A stretch of DNA of 64,000 nt from assembly GCA_037441845.1 (NCBI GenBank), contig JBBIRK010000006.1, positions 1 through 64,000 on the forward strand. Reading direction: 5' to 3'. The translations under genes were made by a program, and so were the position numbers. Positions 29,725 through 38,219 of the stretch are shown in pieces. Numbering within the stretch: position 1 is the stretch's first letter; each line of letters starts with the position of its first letter. Source of the stretch: Candidatus Zixiibacteriota bacterium (lineage in GTDB: Bacteria > Zixibacteria > MSB-5A5 > UBA10806 > 4484-95). A model generated the notes under the pieces. The model was not told the origin of the DNA. It did not search any database and saw only the letters and a program-made list of their open reading frames with translations.

Positions 29725-31233
29725 ATGTTTAAGAAAATACTCGTGGCCAATCGCGGCGAAATCGCAATCAGGGTGATCCATGCTTGTCGCGAACTCGGCA
29801 TCCAATCGGTGGCCGTGTATTCGGATGTCGATGTCCATTCTCTTTACGTGCGGATGGCCGACGAGGCGATTCGAATCGGCGAGGCCCCTGCCCGCAACAG
29901 TTACCTTAATATGGATGCCATAATCGAAGCGGCGCGCAAGACCGGCGCGGAAGCCATCCATCCCGGATATGGATTCCTCGCCGAAAACCCCGATTTCGCC
30001 GAACGCTGCGAGAAGGAAAAGATAGTTTTTATCGGACCTTCAAGCGAATCGATGCGATTGGTGGGGGATAAGGTGGCATCCCGCGAAGCCGCCGCCCGGG
30101 CTGGTATTCCGATGACGCCGGGTATGACCGGCAAAAGCACCGATAAAGCTCAATGCGTGAAGGCCGCCAAGGACATCGGTTTCCCCGTGATTCTCAAAGC
30201 CTCGGCCGGCGGTGGCGGCAAGGGGATGAGGATAATTCGCGACGAAAAAGAACTGGAATCAGCGATAGAAGCCGGTATGAGGGAAGCGTTGTCGGCGTTC
30301 GGAGACGCCTCCGTCTATCTGGAAAAATATATTGAAAAACCACGCCACGTCGAGTTTCAGATTCTTGCCGATAAGCATGGCAACGCTGTCCATCTTTTCG
30401 AACGCGAATGTTCGGTCCAGCGCCGCCATCAGAAAATTATAGAGGAAAGTCCATCGGTTATCGTCGATGACGATCTGCGGCAACGCATGGGACAAACCGC
30501 TCTTAAGGTGGTCGAAATTTCCGGATACTCCAATGCCGGGACGATCGAGTTTCTTGTCGATGAAAACCGTAATTTCTATTTCCTCGAGGTAAACGCGCGG
30601 CTGCAGGTGGAGCACCCGGTTACCGAACTGGTCACGGGGATCGATCTGGTACAAGCTCAATTCCGGATAGCCGCCGGCGAAAAATTATGGCTGAATCAGT
30701 CGGAACTGCGGCAGCGCGGCCATGCTATCGAATGCCGTATCTACGCCGAGGATCCGGAAAATAACTTTCTGCCGTCTGCCGGCAAAATCATTTTCATGAA
30801 AGAACCGACTGGGCCGGGAATAAGGCACGATTGCGGCGTGGGTTCGGGCACCGAGGTGTCGGTTTATTACGATCCGATTTTATCTAAACTTATCGCTTGG
30901 GCGGAAAATAGACGACTTTGCTGTAGGAAATTGGCCGAGGCGCTAAGAAATTTCCCTCTGATCGGCATCAAGACAAATATCGAATTCCTGCATGATATAA
31001 TAACGCATCCGGCGTTCATGCGTGGCGATCTGAGCACCGCTTTCATCTCCCAAAATATGTCCGAGTGGTCTTCTAAAAACAATACGGCTGACGAGGATTT
31101 GGCATTGATCGCCGCGGCTGCGCACGAGCTGTTGGTCAAAAACAAGCCAATGGCCGGAACGGTTGCGGCGGCTCAGCCGAGCTGCTGGGAGACTCTCGGC
31201 GAGTGGCGGATCGGCGGTCGAGGAGCAAAATAA
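29725..31233 (+). CDS. Biotin carboxylase subunit of the acyl-CoA carboxylase (LiuD N-terminal part)
   Basis: ANRGEIA, HPGYGFLAEN, GGGGKGMR, RECSVQRRHQK, EVNARLQVEH, YYDP. Confidence 0.92.
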   Translation: MFKKILVANRGEIAIRVIHACRELGIQSVAVYSDVDVHSLYVRMADEAIRIGEAPARNSYLNMDAIIEAARKTGAEAIHPGYGFLAENPDFAERCEKEKIVFIGPSSESMRLVGDKVASREAAARAGIPMTPGMTGKSTDKAQCVKAAKDIGFPVILKASAGGGGKGMRIIRDEKELESAIEAGMREALSAFGDASVYLEKYIEKPRHVEFQILADKHGNAVHLFERECSVQRRHQKIIEESPSVIVDDDLRQRMGQTALKVVEISGYSNAGTIEFLVDENRNFYFLEVNARLQVEHPVTELVTGIDLVQAQFRIAAGEKLWLNQSELRQRGHAIECRIYAEDPENNFLPSAGKIIFMKEPTGPGIRHDCGVGSGTEVSVYYDPILSKLIAWAENRRLCCRKLAEALRNFPLIGIKTNIEFLHDIITHPAFMRGDLSTAFISQNMSEWSSKNNTADEDLALIAAAAHELLVKNKPMAGTVAAAQPSCWETLGEWRIGGRGAK

Positions 31234-31237
31234 AATC

Positions 31238-31759
31238 ATGGCTTTGGATCGCGATTATTATATAAACGGCCGAAAAGTACGACTGAAAATCGAAAGGCTA
31301 ACCGACGACAACGATCTTGCGGTGCAGATCGATAATAGAACGCATCGTCTGACCGCCTATGCCGACGGCGATCATGAAATAGTTATGAAACTCGGCGGAA
31401 AAAGCATCACCGCATTCGTGGCAAGAAAAGAAAATACTATCGCCGTCCATATTGCCGGCAAAATCTTCACGATCGACTGCGATACCGACAAACGGAAATT
31501 GAAAAGGCACGCAGGGGATTTCCGCACGGCCGACGAAGTGGCTACACCTATGCCCGGCAAAATCGTGAAAATTCTCGCCGCCGTCGGCGATACGGTAAAG
31601 GTTAAACAGCCGCTGGTGATCGTCGAATCGATGAAAATGGAAAACGAAATTCGCTCTCCTATCGATGGTATAGTCGAATCGGTGAATTTCGCCGAAGGCG
31701 ATCTGGTCCAGCCGGGTCAATCCATTATCGACCTAAAGCCCTTGTCGGCGGAGAAATGA
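31238..31759 (+). CDS. Biotin carboxyl carrier subunit
   Basis: PMPGKIV, ESMKMENE biotinylation motif; N-terminal beta-rich BT-like segment. Confidence 0.9.
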   Translation: MALDRDYYINGRKVRLKIERLTDDNDLAVQIDNRTHRLTAYADGDHEIVMKLGGKSITAFVARKENTIAVHIAGKIFTIDCDTDKRKLKRHAGDFRTADEVATPMPGKIVKILAAVGDTVKVKQPLVIVESMKMENEIRSPIDGIVESVNFAEGDLVQPGQSIIDLKPLSAEK

Positions 31760-31863
31760 ATCAGCGCAGCGATAGCCTTGTCGATTCGAATCAAGCCTAA
31801 ATACAATCCGGGGAATTCCGATAACGATGACAAGATTACCTTTTGATCCAAAGGTGATTTTCA

Positions 31864-31892
31864 TTGACTGGATTATGCTTGATTGTTATTGT
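31864..31892 (+). promoter_or_regulatory. Sigma70-type promoter of the Rrf2-cytochrome unit
   Basis: TTGACT-17 bp-TATTGT with extended -10 TG. Confidence 0.55.
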
Positions 31893-31921
31893 TAATCGGG
31901 TTGTAGGGAAGGATAAGGCGA

Positions 31922-32353
31922 TTGTTATCATTGACAGCCAAATACGCGTTGCGGGCGACATATCTACTCACCGGCCTTAAAGAAAATGAATGTTTGTTGG
32001 CTCGAGATATCGCCAGAAAGACCAACATACCAAAGGCCTATTTGGCTCGGATACTCTCAACCATGGCCAAAAGAGGAATTCTACATTCCCGGACCGGGAT
32101 CGGTGGCGGTTTCTGCATAAGACCGGAATCGTTGAATGCCACACTTTACGACATCGCTGTGCTTTTCGATGAACCGAACGGGCATTTTGGCTGTCTTTTC
32201 GGTTTCGAGACGATCTGCAAAACCGATTTTTGTCCGATGCATGAGCGCTGGGTTGAACTTGATAGACACGCTCAGGAATTATTGAAATCGACCACATTGG
32301 AGTGGTTAAGATCCAATACGTGCCGGTTCGATTGGAACAGAATCGATAATTAG
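31922..32353 (+). CDS. Rrf2-family transcriptional regulator
   Basis: KYALRA, IPKAYLARIL, SRTGIGGGF, C-x7-C-x4-CPMHERW; TTG start. Confidence 0.88.
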   Translation: MLSLTAKYALRATYLLTGLKENECLLARDIARKTNIPKAYLARILSTMAKRGILHSRTGIGGGFCIRPESLNATLYDIAVLFDEPNGHFGCLFGFETICKTDFCPMHERWVELDRHAQELLKSTTLEWLRSNTCRFDWNRIDN

Positions 32354-32417
32354 ATGTTTAAGAAATTATGAAATCGCTGTGGCAGTGAATGCCGATCATG
32401 TTGTTAGGGAGGTATGA

Positions 32418-32969
32418 ATGAAAAAGTTGATCACAATGGGGCTGACAGGACTGGTATTGGCCGCTTTCAGTCTCGCCGCATCAGGGCCGCACAAGTATGT
32501 CGGTTCGGCCAAATGCAAAACATGCCACATGACCCCGAAAAGTGGTGAGGCTTTTCCGATCTGGCAAAAATCCAAACATGCCAAAGCCTTCGAGGCACTC
32601 GCCACCGATGAAGCGAAAAAGATAGCTTCCTCCATGGGAATCAGCGACCCCCAGAAAAGCGATAGATGTCTTTCCTGCCATACTACTGCTCATGGTGTTC
32701 CCGACAGCTTGAAAGAGGCAACGCTTACTATGGCTGAGGGTGTAGGCTGCGAAGCTTGTCATGGGCCGGGGGCTGATTATAAGGCGATGACTATAATGAA
32801 AGATAGACAAAAAGCCATCGCTGCCGGGCTGCTTATTCCGGACGAGAAAACTTGCCTTGGATGCCATAACGAAAAGAGTCCGACATATAAGCCGTTCAAG
32901 TATCAAGAAATGCTGAAAAATATAGCTCATCCCATTCCCAAGGCGGCCGCAGAAGAGAAAAAGGGTTGA
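32418..32969 (+). CDS. Periplasmic tetraheme cytochrome c (c554-like family)
   Basis: GGAGG RBS, signal peptide, four CxxCH (CKTCH, CLSCH, CEACH, CLGCH), YVGS and GVGCEACHGPG. Confidence 0.9.
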   Translation: MKKLITMGLTGLVLAAFSLAASGPHKYVGSAKCKTCHMTPKSGEAFPIWQKSKHAKAFEALATDEAKKIASSMGISDPQKSDRCLSCHTTAHGVPDSLKEATLTMAEGVGCEACHGPGADYKAMTIMKDRQKAIAAGLLIPDEKTCLGCHNEKSPTYKPFKYQEMLKNIAHPIPKAAAEEKKG

Positions 32970-32991
32970 AATCGACAGCGATTTAATCCGC

Positions 32992-33023
32992 AAATCCCCG
33001 TTTATGACGGGGATTTTTATTTT
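32992..33023 (+). terminator. Rho-independent terminator
   Basis: AAATCCCCGT-TTATG-ACGGGGATTT followed by a T-rich tract. Confidence 0.85.
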
Positions 33024-33227
33024 ACGGGCATCTAATCCGCCCCACTAAGCCACTATAAATCAATAGATTACGGTGAATTTGCCGAAAGAGCTTAAATTTC
33101 CCGAATATCGTTCGATAATAACTACTGAGTATCATTTCAACAGCATGATGGAAAATAATAGGATGTTAATCGGGAAATCATTCGAGAAAATGAACAGCTC
33201 ATCAATAATGCCTAAGGAGGGAGAAAG

Positions 33228-34055
33228 ATGAGAACTGTATTACTAACCGCGATTGTCGGGGTAGTCACCTGCGGATTCGCATTCGCCCAGCTCGGCGATT
33301 TCGAGAATACGCCGCTCACCCCGGGATTTTACCTCAACGCCTATCCGTCATACTCGACGGCGTCGAAGGTGTTTGATCAGGAAGGCGAAAGCCAGGAACT
33401 TCCGGACAACTGGACCGCTTTTGTAGTCGGATTCAGACCCGCTTACTACGGCTTGGCCAACAATCATCGCTGGGCCGTCACCGCTTTGGTCCCATACGCC
33501 TCGTTCGATAACGGCGTTTCCGATCCGCAATCGGGAATCGGCGACATGCAGGCGGCGGCCGCGTATTGGTTCCTCGACAATTATAACAAGTGGCATAATC
33601 TATCGGTCTGGTTCTGGGCGGATATCCCGACCGGCGATGACGAGAATGGTCTCGGCACCGGTCAAATGAATCTGCGTCCCGGGCTTGCCTATTGCTGGGA
33701 TAAATATCCAATGCAGATTCAGAGCTCGGTCTACTACAACCTGAGAATGAAAAACAGCGACACCGAATACAAACCAGGCGATGAGCTCTGGTGGAATTTC
33801 GCTCTCGGTTATGGTTTCCAGCCTCGCTTGAGCGGATCGCTGGAAATGGAAACCGGCTGGGGATTCGACGCCAAGCTGAACGACGAAACGATCACCGATT
33901 CCAAGGAGACCTGGTTCAAAGTCGGTCCCGCTTTCACTTATAATCTCTCGCCGAATTTCGGATTCAAGGTGAAAGGCCTCTACAACGCATTTGGCAAGAA
34001 CACCGCCCAGTCTATGGATATTTGGGCTCGGTTGACTTACAGTTTCACCAAGTAA
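33228..34055 (+). CDS. Outer-membrane beta-barrel, putative MetA-pathway/SphA-like transporter family
   Basis: Signal peptide; SGIGD, IPTG...GLGTG motifs; amphipathic strands ending ARLTYSF. Confidence 0.7.
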   Translation: MRTVLLTAIVGVVTCGFAFAQLGDFENTPLTPGFYLNAYPSYSTASKVFDQEGESQELPDNWTAFVVGFRPAYYGLANNHRWAVTALVPYASFDNGVSDPQSGIGDMQAAAAYWFLDNYNKWHNLSVWFWADIPTGDDENGLGTGQMNLRPGLAYCWDKYPMQIQSSVYYNLRMKNSDTEYKPGDELWWNFALGYGFQPRLSGSLEMETGWGFDAKLNDETITDSKETWFKVGPAFTYNLSPNFGFKVKGLYNAFGKNTAQSMDIWARLTYSFTK

Positions 34056-34072
34056 GATTCACGGACTCAATC

Positions 34073-34112
34073 AACTCCCGGATCGTTGGTGACCCGGGAG
34101 TTTTTTATTTTT
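34073..34112 (+). terminator. Rho-independent terminator
   Basis: AACTCCCGG...CCGGGAGTT followed by TTTTATTTTT. Confidence 0.85.
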
Positions 34113-34138
34113 GGACCTCCCGATTTTTCGGGTAGTGC

Positions 34139-34167
34139 TTGCCCCTGTCGGTATCCCCTGATATATT
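34139..34167 (+). promoter_or_regulatory. Sigma70-type promoter of dedA
   Basis: TTGCCC-17 bp-TATATT with extended -10 TG. Confidence 0.5.
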
Positions 34168-34241
34168 AGCGCGATACGCGATTGCGGCCGGCGAAGCGAA
34201 GGGCCATGATCGTTTGTTCGGTCGTTCGGAAAGGAAAGGGC

Positions 34242-34880
34242 ATGGAGATTATCGCGGCGATACTCGATTTCATCATACATCTCGACAAACATCTCGGCGC
34301 CCTTATCCAGAATTATGGGACCTGGACGTATTTGATTTTATTTCTGATCATATTCTGCGAAACCGGTTTGGTGATCACCCCGTTTCTGCCGGGAGATTCT
34401 CTTCTGTTCGCCGCCGGCGCCCTGGCCGCAACCGGAGCCCTTGACCCGTGGCTGCTTTTCGGTTTGCTCTCGTTGGCAGCGATCCTTGGCAATACGGTTA
34501 ATTACTGGATCGGTTATTGGGTCGGCCCGGGAATATTAAGAAGGGAAAAGATAAAATTTTTCAAGAAAGAATATCTAGAAAGAACTCATCGATTTTACGA
34601 AAAGCATGGGGGCAAGACCATAATAATCGCCAGGTTTTTGCCCATCATTCGCACTTTCGCGCCATTCGTCGCAGGGGTGGGATTCATGACCTACTGGCGA
34701 TTCAGCATATTCAATATAACAGCCGGTATAGCGTGGGTGGGGATATTCGCGTTCGGCGGATACTATTTCGGCAATCTTCCCTATGTGAAAAGCAATTTCA
34801 CGATCGTCGTATTGGCGATTATTTTTATCTCGTTGATTCCTGCCGTGGTCGAATTTCTACGTCATCGGCGCAAAGCGTAA
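34242..34880 (+). CDS. dedA: DedA-family membrane protein
   Basis: [35 protein letters not shown]. Confidence 0.93.
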   Translation: MEIIAAILDFIIHLDKHLGALIQNYGTWTYLILFLIIFCETGLVITPFLPGDSLLFAAGALAATGALDPWLLFGLLSLAAILGNTVNYWIGYWVGPGILRREKIKFFKKEYLERTHRFYEKHGGKTIIIARFLPIIRTFAPFVAGVGFMTYWRFSIFNITAGIAWVGIFAFGGYYFGNLPYVKSNFTIVVLAIIFISLIPAVVEFLRHRRKA

Positions 34881-34981
34881 AGGCTCGGGTTGGGAATCCA
34901 CCGATTTTATTCGGCCGTTTATTTTGGTTTTCTTAATCGATCAGTTCCATGATTTGCGAATCGGGAAAGTCCCAGACGATT

Positions 34982-35974
34982 TTATGGCTGGGCATAGGGG
35001 ATCGCGTTCAGGCTCAATTCGGATCGTTCGCCTTTGGCCAAGCGCCAGGCTCCGGCGGCGGCGATCATCCCGGCATTATCGGTGCATAATAATGCGCCGG
35101 GCCAAAATACCTCGATCTCTCCCCGCCGCTCTTCGAACAGCTCTCGCAGACGCTTGTTCATGGCTACGCCGCCGGATACCGCCAGCCGCTTGAGCCCGAA
35201 ATTGCGGCAGGCCAGAATCGCCTTATCGACGATCACCTCGCCGACCGCCTCTTGAAACGAAGAACAGATCGAGGCCAGATTTTCCTTTATAAAATCAGGT
35301 TCATGCCCGCGGCAATATATAGCCACCGCAGTCTTGAGTCCCGAAAAGGAAAACTCGTATGAGTCCCGCACCATCATCGCCCGCGGAAATTTCACGAAAT
35401 CTCTTGCCCCGCCTTTTGCCGCCGACTCGATTGCCGGACCTCCCGGGTATTGAAGGCCGAGCAGTTTCGCCACTTTATCGAACGCCTCGCCGGGGGCGTC
35501 ATCCCTGGTCTTACCCAGCAACGCATACTTACCCCACGAATCGACACGATAAAGCGATGAATGACCGCCCGATACAATCAAGCCGATAAACGGCGGCTGA
35601 CATCTTTCCGATTCGAGATAGTTGGAAAAAAGATGCCCTTCGAGATGGTTCACCCCTATAAACGGGACATTTATCGCCTGGGACATCGATTTGGCGAATG
35701 TCAACCCCACCAACAACGCCCCCACGAGTCCCGGACCGTTGGTTACCGCTATTCCTTGAATGTCGCGTAGCTCAAGCCGGCTTTGCGCCAATGCGTCATC
35801 GACTATTCCGACCAACCGGCGGACATGTTCCCTCGAGGCGAGTTCGGGCACCACGCCGCCGTACTTGCGATGAATCGTTTGCGAATATACTACGTTTGCC
35901 AGAAGGTCTCGAGGATATCTTAGGACGGCGGCGGCGGTTTCGTCGCACGATGTTTCAATTCCGAGAACTATCAT
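34982..35974 (-). CDS. tsaD: tRNA N6-adenosine threonylcarbamoyltransferase
   Basis: LGIETSCDET, GGVVPELASR, HLEGH, VSGGH, DDAPGEAFDK, FSFSGLKT, CTDNAGMIA. Confidence 0.97.
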   Translation of the reverse strand: MIVLGIETSCDETAAAVLRYPRDLLANVVYSQTIHRKYGGVVPELASREHVRRLVGIVDDALAQSRLELRDIQGIAVTNGPGLVGALLVGLTFAKSMSQAINVPFIGVNHLEGHLFSNYLESERCQPPFIGLIVSGGHSSLYRVDSWGKYALLGKTRDDAPGEAFDKVAKLLGLQYPGGPAIESAAKGGARDFVKFPRAMMVRDSYEFSFSGLKTAVAIYCRGHEPDFIKENLASICSSFQEAVGEVIVDKAILACRNFGLKRLAVSGGVAMNKRLRELFEERRGEIEVFWPGALLCTDNAGMIAAAGAWRLAKGERSELSLNAIPYAQP

Positions 35975-36371
35975 CGGCCGGCTTGTTCCAGTCGAGCGCA
36001 ATTGCGATCGAATTTACGCCGACGAAACCCACCATTACTTCGTCCATATTCTCGGGTATAGTGAGATGACGTTTGACCAGCTCTATCGAATAGTTGCCCG
36101 GCTTACGGAATTCGGCGAGATCCACTATGAGTCTTATCGGTTTCAGGTAGATCAGATGAAACAACTGCTTGCCGTCGGCGGCGATTTCGAGTTTAACTGT
36201 CCGGGGATTTTCGGAAACCAATTTTAGATGCGGATCCAGATTGGCGAATTCAACGTTGACCGTAATCGTCTGTCTGAAATGATTCTGGGTGGTCAAGTGA
36301 AACCACAAGCCGAATGCAAGCAACAAACCGACGATTTTCCATCCGATATTTCTCAGGAGATTGATCTTCAC
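35955..36371 (-). CDS. Short YbbR/CdaR-like membrane-anchored protein
   Basis: NIGWKIVGLLLAFGLWF N-terminal anchor typical of YbbR, then one beta domain (..VDLAEFRKPGNY). Confidence 0.6.
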   Translation of the reverse strand: MKINLLRNIGWKIVGLLLAFGLWFHLTTQNHFRQTITVNVEFANLDPHLKLVSENPRTVKLEIAADGKQLFHLIYLKPIRLIVDLAEFRKPGNYSIELVKRHLTIPENMDEVMVGFVGVNSIAIALDWNKPADDSSRN

Positions 36372-36383
36372 GATCCGATTTAC

Positions 36384-36572
36384 TCATTTGTCGGAGAATC
36401 TCAGGATCTTGCCGAAAGATACCTCACCATTGTCGATCCTGATCGAAAAACCGCATTCGTGATTGGTGCAGACCCAAGCCTTGTACCGGATTTCAGAACC
36501 ATCGCGGCCATAATCCGAAAGAGGAATCAATACTCCTTTTCCACATTTCAAGCATTCCGGATATTTTTCCAC
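36384..36572 (-). CDS. Small Zn-ribbon-like hypothetical protein (62 aa)
   Basis: GGGAG RBS plus GTG; CLKC...WVCTNHECG; TTGACA (36628-36633, minus strand) upstream. Confidence 0.7.
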   Translation of the reverse strand: MEKYPECLKCGKGVLIPLSDYGRDGSEIRYKAWVCTNHECGFSIRIDNGEVSFGKILRFSDK

Positions 36573-36683
36573 TTCTGTCTCCCGTGATAGATTTGGTAAA
36601 TCGATAAATATCACCGCGCCGTGTTCATGTCAAGAGATTAATCGGGCGCAAAGCGAACGGATTGACGCATTCCCAGGAGCTGT

Positions 36684-38219
36684 TTATTCGATCCAGACTA
36701 TCCGCAAGCTTTTTCTTTCATTGCTGTTTTCGCCGTAAAAGGCGATAATTTCATGTTTTCCGTCGCCGTTCAGATCCTCTGCCGCAAGCCCGTCGGGGCG
36801 CGGCAAGTTTATATTTATCAAGGAATTATCGGCAAATGAACCGTCTTGTTTGTTTCCGTATGCCCTCAATTTCCCTTGGCCGTCGTGCAGCAGAAGATCG
36901 CAAGCGCCGTCGCCGTCATAATCGCCCTCGAGGATCATGATATTGTTGTAATCGATCCCCTCGTCGAGCAATACCTCATAAGAAAATCCCTTTTCATAGT
37001 CCTGCTTTTCCGGGAAATCCCCCTGGCCGCCCTGAAGATAAATTTTCAGATTAACCTCGATTTCCTTCATCAATAAAATTTTCAGCGTCGACATCACGCC
37101 GAGTTTGAACGAAGGCAATGCCAGGTCGAGCGCGCCGTCGGCGTTGAAATCCAAAATGGTCGGGCTCGAGGCGCCGTTGGCCATAGTGAATTCCCAATTG
37201 CATTTCGGGCCGTATCCCCCGAGCTGTTTTGCCTTGAATATCGAAATCGTAGTGTTGAACGAAGTGACGGTTCCGGAGTTTTTCGTGGCTATAATGTCCG
37301 AAAGGCCGTCGGAATTCAAATCTTGAATCTTGAACGATAAGGCGACATCTCCCGAGAATTCTTCCTCCGCGGTCAACAGTCTTTTCCCGAAAATCTCAAC
37401 CGGTTGCGACGAATAACCGCCATCGAAATTTCCCCGGTAAATATGCACGAATCTATCGCCCGCGATAAAAATATCGGCCATTCTGTCACCATCATAGCTG
37501 CCCATTACAACCGACGGCAATCGGGAGTCGAGAATGAATTCCGCCGGAATGTCGTTGCGACGGGCCGGGCGACCACTGATTTTGAGTCGGTGTCGATATT
37601 CGAGCGACTGGCCGAATTTCGGTCCATCTTTTCCAATACGATAAAGATCGAAGCCCCTCGGAGTCGGAATCAATATCAAAGCACCGGTTTGCCCCTGGGA
37701 GTAAACCACGGAATTCCAGCGCGCGATTTCGGCCTCCGGCGCGATATTGAAAATCGTCGCAGTCTTCAATCTCTTATTCGTGTTTATATCGAACAATCGG
37801 CCGTCGAACGTATGAAAAATCATTCCTTCGGTTCCGCACAACAGCAGATCCTTTCGGCCGTCGGCGTCGATATCGGCGATGTCATAGCAGACGGAGCTTG
37901 CCTCTATTTCCAGTACCTGTGTCGGATGAGAATCGAATCTATCGCCGGAATTTCGGTAAAGTGCGAGCTTCCTCTGGAGTCGTTCGCTGCCGGTGTCGAC
38001 ATAAAACAGCAAAGCCTCGCTGATTGAATCTCCATCGAGATCGGCGAAACTGGCGTTGATCAGGTTTCCCGGAACCGATATGACGTCCACTCTCGATTGA
38101 AACGCGTAGCTGCTTGTCGGAAAAACGGTGAGGAGCGGCAGAATAGCCAGCAATCCGATTTCTATGCCGAATTTGAGGTTTTCCATGGATACGAAATAAC
38201 GCTTTTTAGTCGCTGTCAT
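36684..38219 (-). CDS. Secreted FG-GAP/VCBS-repeat protein
   Basis: Repeated DxDGDxxxD(L/I) loops (DLDGD, DIDADG, SYDGD, DLNSDG, DFNADG, DYDGDG, DLNGDG); alternative start 38186. Confidence 0.8.
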   Translation of the reverse strand: MTATKKRYFVSMENLKFGIEIGLLAILPLLTVFPTSSYAFQSRVDVISVPGNLINASFADLDGDSISEALLFYVDTGSERLQRKLALYRNSGDRFDSHPTQVLEIEASSVCYDIADIDADGRKDLLLCGTEGMIFHTFDGRLFDINTNKRLKTATIFNIAPEAEIARWNSVVYSQGQTGALILIPTPRGFDLYRIGKDGPKFGQSLEYRHRLKISGRPARRNDIPAEFILDSRLPSVVMGSYDGDRMADIFIAGDRFVHIYRGNFDGGYSSQPVEIFGKRLLTAEEEFSGDVALSFKIQDLNSDGLSDIIATKNSGTVTSFNTTISIFKAKQLGGYGPKCNWEFTMANGASSPTILDFNADGALDLALPSFKLGVMSTLKILLMKEIEVNLKIYLQGGQGDFPEKQDYEKGFSYEVLLDEGIDYNNIMILEGDYDGDGACDLLLHDGQGKLRAYGNKQDGSFADNSLININLPRPDGLAAEDLNGDGKHEIIAFYGENSNERKSLRIVWIE

